From NCBI GenBank assembly GCA_030604855.1, contig JAUVVC010000003.1, forward strand, positions 120,001-152,000: a DNA stretch of 32,000 nt. The letters run 5' to 3'. Numbering within the stretch: the first letter of the stretch is position 1; each line of letters begins with the position of its first letter. Origin of the DNA: Erysipelotrichaceae bacterium (GTDB lineage: Bacteria > Bacillota_I > Bacilli_A > Erysipelotrichales > Erysipelotrichaceae). This document shows, piece after piece, positions 15,228 through 22,186 of the stretch. The notes under the pieces are model-generated. The model made no database searches and was not told the origin of the DNA. It saw only the letters and a list, made by a program, of their open reading frames with translations. The position numbers were made by a program, and so were the translations under genes.

Positions 15228-16833
15228 AGAACGCAAAGTACTCTTAGAAGTTCGCAAACTAAAAAAGATCTTTCCAATCAAACGGAATGTCCAACTCAAA
15301 GCGCTTAATGATGTCAGCTTTAAAATCTATGAAGGTGAGAAATTTGGCGTTGTTGGTGAATCCGGTTGCGGTAAATCCACCCTAGGTCGGGTTCTTTTAC
15401 AACTCCATAAACAAACAAGTGGTTCAACGGTTTATCATGGGAAATCAGTAGAAGATGTCAATCCAGCCTATATGAACAAGGAGATCAAAAACTTAACAAT
15501 CTATCAAAAGAAGGCGCGCGACTTTTATCAAGCGTCTTTGAAGATCGATCGTGAGGTAGATAATCTACTGTTACAACGAGAAAGTATTGATGTATTGGGT
15601 AGCGAGAATGATACGAAGCGTTACGATCAATTGAGTCGTAAAATAGATAAACTTCAGTATGACTCGAAAGAACTCAGAAAAAATGCATCGCGTCAATTGC
15701 GCGAAGGGAGTCGAACGATCGGCTCACTGATCTTGAGTTCACATCTTGAAGAGATTCAAAAACAATATGCAGAAGCTCAGAAAATATCCGAAAAAGTGCA
15801 TCAACTTTTAAAAGAACGTAAAGCTCTCGATGCGAAGACACAAAAGAAATGGATTGAATCAGAAAAGAATATTGATGATCGCGTCAAACTAAATGAAGCA
15901 GAACAATTGAAACAAAAGTTATCACGATTGGATGCGAAGTTGGATGAATATCGAGTGCAAGTTAAAACGATCAAGAAGCAAACGTATCAGAATTATAAAG
16001 GTAAAGACTATCTTCCTATTACGGAACAAACCCTCGATCCTAAATACCAACAGAAGTTGGATGCGAACTATGAAACTGGTTTGAATTTAGCGAAATTGTC
16101 TTCATCTGAGATAAAACCCATTCGTAGAGAAATGCAGATGATTTTCCAAGATCCTGCAGCTTCACTGGACCCACGTCAATCCATTGGAAGTGCCATTGAA
16201 GAAGTCTTCAAAATCAATACAAAGTATTCGAAAGAAGTGCGTCAGGAAAAGACGATCGCTTTGCTCGAGAAAGTGGGCTTGAAAGCTGAGTATTATGACA
16301 CGTATCCACATGCTTTGAGTGGTGGTCAGAAACAACGTGTGGGAATCGCACGTGCGATTGCATTGAATACGAACTTTGTGGTTTTGGATGAAGCGGTATC
16401 CGCTTTGGATGTCTCAGTTCAAGCGCAGATCTTACAACTTTTAAATAAGCTTTCGGATGAGTTTAAATTGACCTATTTCTTCATCACGCATGACTTAGGT
16501 GTCGTTAAACATTTCTGTGATCGGATTCTTGTCATGTATCTTGGCAGCGCATGTGAACTCGCTGACAGTAAGACCTTGTTTAATGAGCCCTTACATCCTT
16601 ATACACAATCACTCTTGGAAGCTGTGCCTCGTCCAAGGATACAAGGTGAAATAAAACGTGATACCATACAGGGCGAAGTCCCAAGTCCAATCAATCAACC
16701 GAAGGGCTGTCCGTTCCATACACGTTGTAAATTTGCGATGGATGTTTGTAAAACTGAGAAACCTGTTTATCATGAAGCAAAACCGAATCATTTTGTCGCC
16801 TGTCACTTATTTGAGGAGAACGTAAAAGCATGA
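15220..16833 (+). CDS. Peptide ABC transporter ATP-binding protein, OppF/DppF-like, with a roughly 210-aa K/E/Q-rich insertion between Walker A and the Q-loop
   Basis: Walker A GESGCGKST (ORF-track aa 49-56), Q-loop MQMIFQDP only at aa 307-314, signature LSGGQKQR, Walker B FVVLDEAVSALD, and 4-Cys tail CPFHTRCKFAMDVC...VAC. The ATG at 15220 (GAGGAG RBS 7 nt upstream) is preferred over the TTG at 15214. Confidence 0.85.
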   Translation: MSEERKVLLEVRKLKKIFPIKRNVQLKALNDVSFKIYEGEKFGVVGESGCGKSTLGRVLLQLHKQTSGSTVYHGKSVEDVNPAYMNKEIKNLTIYQKKARDFYQASLKIDREVDNLLLQRESIDVLGSENDTKRYDQLSRKIDKLQYDSKELRKNASRQLREGSRTIGSLILSSHLEEIQKQYAEAQKISEKVHQLLKERKALDAKTQKKWIESEKNIDDRVKLNEAEQLKQKLSRLDAKLDEYRVQVKTIKKQTYQNYKGKDYLPITEQTLDPKYQQKLDANYETGLNLAKLSSSEIKPIRREMQMIFQDPAASLDPRQSIGSAIEEVFKINTKYSKEVRQEKTIALLEKVGLKAEYYDTYPHALSGGQKQRVGIARAIALNTNFVVLDEAVSALDVSVQAQILQLLNKLSDEFKLTYFFITHDLGVVKHFCDRILVMYLGSACELADSKTLFNEPLHPYTQSLLEAVPRPRIQGEIKRDTIQGEVPSPINQPKGCPFHTRCKFAMDVCKTEKPVYHEAKPNHFVACHLFEENVKA

Positions 16834-18440
16834 AACTAGAATATCAACATTTACCTTACACCAGTACACGCAATGTCGTCGTTGCGAAGAATGGCATGGT
16901 TGCAACAGGGTCTTCGCATGCTTCCGCAGCTGGACTTGAAATCTTACGCAAAGGAGGCAATGCTGTGGATGCGGCAATTGCGACAGCAGCCGCTTTGACG
17001 GTAGTAGAACCCACAGCAAATGGCATCGGCGGTGATGCTTTTGCCTTAGTGTGGATGAAGGATAAACTTCATGGCTTGAATGGTTCAGGACCATCTCCTA
17101 AAAACATCAATATCCAAGCTGTTTTGAATAAACATGGAAATGTTGATAAGATGCCTGTCTTTGGTTGGACACCTGTGACTGTTCCTGGTGTTCCGAAAGC
17201 TTGGTCAGCTTTAAATAAACGTTTTGGGAAACTAAGTTTACTTGAGTGCCTTGAACCAGCGATTCGTTATGCAGAAGATGGTTTTCCGGTTGGAGCTGTA
17301 TTGGCTCAAATGTGGAAAAACGCACATCAGCGCTATACGGAAATTGCGGGGGATGATCCCTCCTTTAAAGCTTGGTTTGATACGTTTACCTTTGATGGAA
17401 AAACGCCTGAATTTGGAGACATCGTCAAATTGCCCCAGCACGCAAAGAGTTTACGTTTGATTGGTGAATCCGACGGTGATGCGTTTTACAAGGGTAGCAT
17501 TGCGGATCGTATCATTGAGATGTCCAATCAATTTGGAGGTTTCTTTACAAAAGAAGACTTGAGTACTTATGAAGTATCTTGGGTCGATCCCATATCTGTT
17601 AATTATCGTGGTTATGATGTGTGTGAGATTCCTCCTAATGGACAAGGGATCACAGCCTTATTGGCGCTGAATATTTTACGCAACTTCGCGTTTGATAATA
17701 AGGAACATGTGGATACGTATCATAAACAATTTGAAGCAATGAAAATGGCTTTTATGGATGCGAAAGAACATGTAAGTGATCCTACAAAGATGCGTATAAA
17801 CCATCAAGATCTACTCACACCTCAATTTGGTGAAGAAAGATCAAGAGAAATTGGCGATTTCGCAAAAATGTATGAACCTAAGAAGCCTCCACAATCCGGA
17901 ACCGTTTATCTGTGTACAGCGGATGGGGAAGGGAATATGGTCTCCTACATTCAAAGCAACTATATGGGCTTTGGCAGTGGTATGGTGGTGGATGGAATCG
18001 GCTTGCAGAATCGTGGCAGTGATTTTAGTCTTGATGCTAGTCATGTGAATGCGTTGGAAGGTGGAAAGAAGACGTATCATACCATCATTCCGGGATTCGT
18101 ACTGAAAGATGGCAAAGCTGTTGGTCCGTTTGGTGTCATGGGGGGTTATATGCAACCTCAGGGCCATGTACAAGTTGCGATGAATATGATCGATTTCAAA
18201 TTGAATCCGCAAAGCGCCTTGGATGCACCACGTTGGCAATGGATGGAGGGTAAGAAATTCTTGGTCGAACATAATTTCGATCCAGCCATCATCAAGCAAT
18301 TGGTCAATAAAGGACATCAAGTTGAGATGACCTACAATTCAGTCCTCTTTGGACGTGGTCAAATTATTGTACGACTTGATAACGGAACTTTGGTTGGAGG
18401 CTGTGAAGCGCGTACCGATAGTAATATCGCGTGCTACTAG
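16830..18440 (+). CDS. Gamma-glutamyltransferase family protein, no signal peptide (cytoplasmic, YwrD-like)
   Basis: AAGLEILRKGGNAVDAAIA and IGGDAF. Autoprocessing/nucleophile site SG-T(358)VYLCTADGEGNMVSYIQSNYMGFGSG. The ATG overlaps the oppF-like stop (ATGA). Confidence 0.85.
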   Translation: MKLEYQHLPYTSTRNVVVAKNGMVATGSSHASAAGLEILRKGGNAVDAAIATAAALTVVEPTANGIGGDAFALVWMKDKLHGLNGSGPSPKNINIQAVLNKHGNVDKMPVFGWTPVTVPGVPKAWSALNKRFGKLSLLECLEPAIRYAEDGFPVGAVLAQMWKNAHQRYTEIAGDDPSFKAWFDTFTFDGKTPEFGDIVKLPQHAKSLRLIGESDGDAFYKGSIADRIIEMSNQFGGFFTKEDLSTYEVSWVDPISVNYRGYDVCEIPPNGQGITALLALNILRNFAFDNKEHVDTYHKQFEAMKMAFMDAKEHVSDPTKMRINHQDLLTPQFGEERSREIGDFAKMYEPKKPPQSGTVYLCTADGEGNMVSYIQSNYMGFGSGMVVDGIGLQNRGSDFSLDASHVNALEGGKKTYHTIIPGFVLKDGKAVGPFGVMGGYMQPQGHVQVAMNMIDFKLNPQSALDAPRWQWMEGKKFLVEHNFDPAIIKQLVNKGHQVEMTYNSVLFGRGQIIVRLDNGTLVGGCEARTDSNIACY

Positions 18441-18450
18441 AAGGAGATGT

Positions 18451-18993
18451 ATGAAACAACTCGTAGAAATCTTCGTTGCCTTCTTTCGGGTAGGCCTATT
18501 TACCTTTGGTGGTGGCTATGCGATGTTGCCGATTGTAAAGAAAGAAATCATTGAAAAGAAAGACTGGATCACACAGGAACAACTCCTTGATTACTATGGT
18601 GTAGCTCAAGTCAGTATGGGTATTATTGCTATCAATACTTCTGCGTTGATTGGTTATCAAGTCGCTAAGAAAAAAGGTGCTTTAGTAGCTGGCTTTGCGT
18701 CTGCCTTGCCTTCGATTCTGATTATTACGCTTATTGCGCTCTTTTTGGAGAGTTTCATGCAATACCCTCAAGTCTTGAATGTGTTTAAAATGATTCGAAT
18801 CGTGGTTGCAGCTTTGATTGTCAATACTGCTTACACCTTAGGTAAAAAAGGCATCATCGATTGGATTGGTGTGGTTCTATTTGCCATCTCATTTGTTCTG
18901 ATAACATCTGTGCACGTCAATCCGATATTTTTAATCCTCTTTTCAGCCGTTGTAGGTATTTACTTTAAACCTAAAGCGGAGGTTAAAGCATGA
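18451..18993 (+). CDS. CHR (chromate ion transporter) family protein, short-chain half 1
   Basis: FFRVGLFTFGGGYAMLPIV signature. The ATG at 18451 has an AGGAGA RBS. The ORF-track extension back to 18349 overlaps the GGT gene and is rejected. Confidence 0.85.
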   Translation: MKQLVEIFVAFFRVGLFTFGGGYAMLPIVKKEIIEKKDWITQEQLLDYYGVAQVSMGIIAINTSALIGYQVAKKKGALVAGFASALPSILIITLIALFLESFMQYPQVLNVFKMIRIVVAALIVNTAYTLGKKGIIDWIGVVLFAISFVLITSVHVNPIFLILFSAVVGIYFKPKAEVKA

Positions 18994-19532
18994 TCTATCT
19001 CATCTTGATTTTTGAGTTTCTCATTATTGGGACATTCTCTGTTGGTGGAGGTTTAGCAACCTTACCCTTTCTCTATAATTTAGCAGAGCGTTATCCTTGG
19101 TTTGATAAAGCAACCTTGATTGACATGATTGCCATTTCAGAATCAACTCCAGGACCGATCGGTATCAACATGGCCACTTATGCGGGCTTCAAAGCAGGCG
19201 GTATCTTGGGCGGTTTCCTTGCAAGCATCGCTGTTATGGCTACGGGTGTTCTATTTATGTTGGTGGTTGCAAACATCTTAACGAAGTTTAAGAATCATCC
19301 TTTGATCACAAAAATCTTTTATGGGATACGTCCTACGATTGCTGCGTTGATTGCCTATGCGGCTTATGAAATGGTCAGTGTGACGTTATTTAAATTTGAA
19401 CCATTTAAGATTGAATGGGTATCAATCGGATTATTCATTATCGTACTCGGTATCTTGTTTAAAACAAAGATCACACCAATCCTTTTGATCTTAACTGCTG
19501 CAGTACTTGGTTTAATCTTACCAATCGTTTAA
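18990..19532 (+). CDS. CHR (chromate ion transporter) family protein, short-chain half 2
   Basis: GTFSVGGGLATLPFL signature. ATGA overlap with half 1. Confidence 0.85.
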   Translation: MIYLILIFEFLIIGTFSVGGGLATLPFLYNLAERYPWFDKATLIDMIAISESTPGPIGINMATYAGFKAGGILGGFLASIAVMATGVLFMLVVANILTKFKNHPLITKIFYGIRPTIAALIAYAAYEMVSVTLFKFEPFKIEWVSIGLFIIVLGILFKTKITPILLILTAAVLGLILPIV

Positions 19533-19533
19533 T

Positions 19534-19556
19534 GGGCATATCAATGCCCTTTTTTT
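19534..19556 (+). terminator. Rho-independent terminator ending the ABC/GGT/CHR operon
   Basis: GGGCAT-ATCA-ATGCCC followed by TTTTTTT. Confidence 0.8.
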
Positions 19557-19589
19557 ATAGCTTGCGTATACTTTAAGTGAGATAACATT

Positions 19590-20006
19590 ATGGCAAACTA
19601 TGATTTATCAAAATTAAGTCCACTCCAATATCAAGTCACTCAGAAGAATGGAACGGAACCTCCCTTCAGAAATCCTTACCATGATTTCTTTGAAGAAGGC
19701 ATCTATGTGGACATTGTAAGTAAGGAAGTATTGTTCTCGTCCAAAGATAAATTCGACTCCCATTGCGGATGGCCTAGTTTTGCAAAACCCATCACTGAGA
19801 TCGTGGAAAAGCGTGACTTTGGGTTTGGTATGATCCGTACTGAAGTGCGCTCTAAAGTAGCGAACAGTCATTTGGGGCATGTGTTCAACGATGGACCCAA
19901 AGAGTTGGGAGGCTTACGTTACTGTATCAACAGTGCATCCTTGGAATTCATTCCCAAGGATGAAATGGAGGCAAGAGGGTACGGTGACTATCTAAAGTTT
20001 CTCTAA
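19590..20006 (+). CDS. msrB: Peptide-methionine (R)-S-oxide reductase
   Basis: GTEPPF, CGWPSF and [21 protein letters not shown]...GLRYCINS. The similarity to Bacillus MsrB looks close over the full length. Confidence 0.95.
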   Translation: MANYDLSKLSPLQYQVTQKNGTEPPFRNPYHDFFEEGIYVDIVSKEVLFSSKDKFDSHCGWPSFAKPITEIVEKRDFGFGMIRTEVRSKVANSHLGHVFNDGPKELGGLRYCINSASLEFIPKDEMEARGYGDYLKFL

Positions 20007-20033
20007 GTGTGATAAAGTTAAAGAGAGGTATTT

Positions 20034-20582
20034 ATGGCATATTCAATACGCGACTTTACAAGTAGAATACGAGCTTTGGTTCTCAAGCGTTCCATCGATC
20101 TGGTGGAACAAGCGAAAGTCAAAGTCATTGACCAGGACGATGAACATGCCCAGTTTCATGTCGAAAACAATCGTGACAGCTATTATCATGTGGAAGTTCG
20201 CTTGAATCATGGCGATGTGACTTTCACCCATTGTGATTGTCCGTATCGTGGCGTGGGTTTATGCAAGCATACCGGTGCGGCTCTGCTTCATCTTTTGGTT
20301 CAAGATGGCTTTCACCCCAACGAGTTTGAAGTGGACGATTTCCATTTTGAGGACAGTGAAGTGGTGGATGTGGATGCGAATGAAGAGACATTCCATAAAC
20401 TGATCAAAGAGATCAGTGTCGATCACGATTTTGAGTTGGTTAAGTTCTTATCCACTCAGCCCAAGGAACAATTATTAACGTTTATTCTGAAGTATCTTGA
20501 GGAATCTGAAGATATCCGTTTGGTTGTGATGGCGTATCTCTGGTATAAGAGTCAGAATCCAAAACCCCCGTTTTTATCCTAA
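20034..20582 (+). CDS. SWIM zinc-finger domain protein (unknown function)
   Basis: [21 protein letters not shown] fits the C-x-C-x(n)-C-x-H SWIM signature. It lies 27 nt downstream of msrB with an AGAGAGG RBS. Confidence 0.7.
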   Translation: MAYSIRDFTSRIRALVLKRSIDLVEQAKVKVIDQDDEHAQFHVENNRDSYYHVEVRLNHGDVTFTHCDCPYRGVGLCKHTGAALLHLLVQDGFHPNEFEVDDFHFEDSEVVDVDANEETFHKLIKEISVDHDFELVKFLSTQPKEQLLTFILKYLEESEDIRLVVMAYLWYKSQNPKPPFLS

Positions 20583-20601
20583 AGCGCAAGTGCGCTTTTT
20601 T
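20581..20601 (+). terminator. Rho-independent terminator
   Basis: AAAGCGC-AAGT-GCGCTTT followed by a T-run. It overlaps the stop codon. Confidence 0.7.
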
Positions 20602-20672
20602 CGTGCCATCTTATCGATTGGTGACTTTAGTTCTGTCATCATTACAGATTGACAAGACTGTTTTTCGATTGA

Positions 20673-20701
20673 TTGAATCTTCACAAGTCCCATTCTATAC
20701 T
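20673..20701 (+). promoter_or_regulatory. Candidate mannitol operon promoter TTGAAT-17-TATACT
   Basis: Hexamers at 20673-20678 and 20696-20701 with a 17-nt spacer. GATTGA repeats lie upstream at 20647, 20667 and 20671. Confidence 0.55.
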
Positions 20702-20749
20702 GATAGTGACGATGAAGAATTCATCGACATACCGTTAAAAGGAGGTATT

Positions 20750-21805
20750 ATGAAAGAAAAAGTGCAGAGTTTTGGCCGCTTCCTATCCGGAATGGTCATG
20801 CCGAACCTTGGTGCGTTCATTGCTTGGGGTTTGATTACGGCATTGTTCATTCCTACAGGTTGGTTGCCTAACGAAACGTTTTCCGCATTAGTTGGTCCAA
20901 TGATCGTATACTTGTTGCCATTATTGATTGGTTACACAGGTGGACGCGTCGTACACGGTCAACGTGGTGCTGTGGTGGGGGCTGCAGCGACCATGGGTGT
21001 TATCGTTGGAACAAGCATCCCAATGATGTTGGGTGCAATGATCATGGGTCCTGTCACCGCTTGGGTCTTGAAAAAGATTGATGAAGCGTTGGATGGGAAA
21101 GTTCCTGCTGGCTTTGAAATGTTGGTTGCCAACTTCTCAGCTGGGATCGAAGCGGCAGTATTTGCTGTCTTGGGTCTGATCGTTGTTGGTCCGTTTGTAG
21201 AAGCTGCTTCTAATTTATTGGGTAATGGTGCAAAAGTCTTGGTTGACTCCGGCTTGTTGCCACTTGTATCCATCGTAGTCGAACCTGCTAAAATTCTCTT
21301 CTTGAATAATGCGATCAACCATGGCGTATTGAGCCCATTGGGTATCGCGCAAGTTGCTGAAGCTGGCAAGTCCATCTTCTTCTTGGTTGAAACCAACCCT
21401 GGTCCAGGTTTGGGCGTCTTGATCGCTGCTTACTTGTTCGGAAAAGGTTTGACAAAAGAATCTGCTCCTGGAGCAATCATCATCCACTTCTTGGGTGGTA
21501 TTCATGAAATCTATTTCCCATACGTCTTGATGAATCCGCTATTGTTGTTGGCTGTCATCGCTGGTGGTGCAACAGGTGTCTTCACATTCGTATTGCTCAA
21601 TGCTGGTTTGGTGGCTCCTCCATCACCTGGTTCAATCTTCGCTCTTTCCGCTATGGCATCGGGTGACTTGATTAAGGTTTGGGTTGGTATCGCTACTTCT
21701 GCCGCTGTCTCCTTCTTTGTAGCATCATTCGTTTACAAATTTACCGAAGGTAAAAAAGACCTAGACGAAGCTACAGCTGAAAGTGCTGCTAACAAAAATC
21801 TATGA
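20750..21805 (+). CDS. mtlA: PTS mannitol-specific transporter, IIC component (stand-alone)
   Basis: [29 protein letters not shown] is the typical MtlA N-terminus. GGAGG RBS lies 4 nt upstream of the ATG at 20750. The ORF-track extension to 20603 covers the promoter region and is rejected. Confidence 0.9.
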   Translation: MKEKVQSFGRFLSGMVMPNLGAFIAWGLITALFIPTGWLPNETFSALVGPMIVYLLPLLIGYTGGRVVHGQRGAVVGAAATMGVIVGTSIPMMLGAMIMGPVTAWVLKKIDEALDGKVPAGFEMLVANFSAGIEAAVFAVLGLIVVGPFVEAASNLLGNGAKVLVDSGLLPLVSIVVEPAKILFLNNAINHGVLSPLGIAQVAEAGKSIFFLVETNPGPGLGVLIAAYLFGKGLTKESAPGAIIIHFLGGIHEIYFPYVLMNPLLLLAVIAGGATGVFTFVLLNAGLVAPPSPGSIFALSAMASGDLIKVWVGIATSAAVSFFVASFVYKFTEGKKDLDEATAESAANKNL

Positions 21806-22080
21806 TTAAGAAAATTGTCTTCGCTTGTGATGCTGGAATGGGTTCCAGTGCCATGGGCGCAACAACCTTAAACAAGAAACTAAAAGCGGCAGGCTTGGAT
21901 ATTAAAGTAGTGCATACGGCAATTGAAGATGTGCCGAGTGATGCGGAACTGATCGTTACGCACACCTCCTTGGGCAATCGTGCTCGCAAGGAACATCCTA
22001 ATGTAGAAGTCGTGACCATCAACAGTTTCGTTGGTGCTCCAGAATACGATCAACTCGTAAAGAAGTTGTCGGGTAAATAA
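21802..22080 (+). CDS. PTS mannitol-type IIB component (stand-alone, 92 aa)
   Basis: [16 protein letters not shown] phosphocysteine loop. ATGA overlap with IIC. Confidence 0.85.
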   Translation: MIKKIVFACDAGMGSSAMGATTLNKKLKAAGLDIKVVHTAIEDVPSDAELIVTHTSLGNRARKEHPNVEVVTINSFVGAPEYDQLVKKLSGK

Positions 22081-22086
22081 TCTGAA

Positions 22087-22108
22087 GGGGTAGAAATACC
22101 CCTTTTTA
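22087..22108 (+). terminator. Hairpin terminator between IIB and mtlR
   Basis: GGGGTA-GAAA-TACCCC followed by TTTTT. Confidence 0.7.
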
Positions 22109-22186
22109 TATTTGGCATTAATAAGAAATGATAAAGATAAATCGTGGCACTATAGAATAGAAGGGATTAAGGTTTATAATGGAATC

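Noticed and set aside
20603-20749. N-terminal extensions in the ORF track (20603 for IIC, 22112 for mtlR, 18349 for CHR half 1, 30071 for livH-like, 24289 for IIB-IIA, 10836, 15214, 2319, 27548)
   Set aside because: In each case an internal ATG with a properly spaced Shine-Dalgarno matches the conserved family N-terminus. The extensions either cover promoter or terminator sequence or overlap the upstream gene.
20702-20749. PRD-antiterminator (RAT/terminator) riboregulation in the mannitol leader
   Set aside because: The leader hairpin (20710-20726) has no T-run and no overlapping alternative structure. The encoded regulator is an MtlR-type DNA-binding activator with an N-terminal HTH, not a BglG/SacY-type RNA binder.
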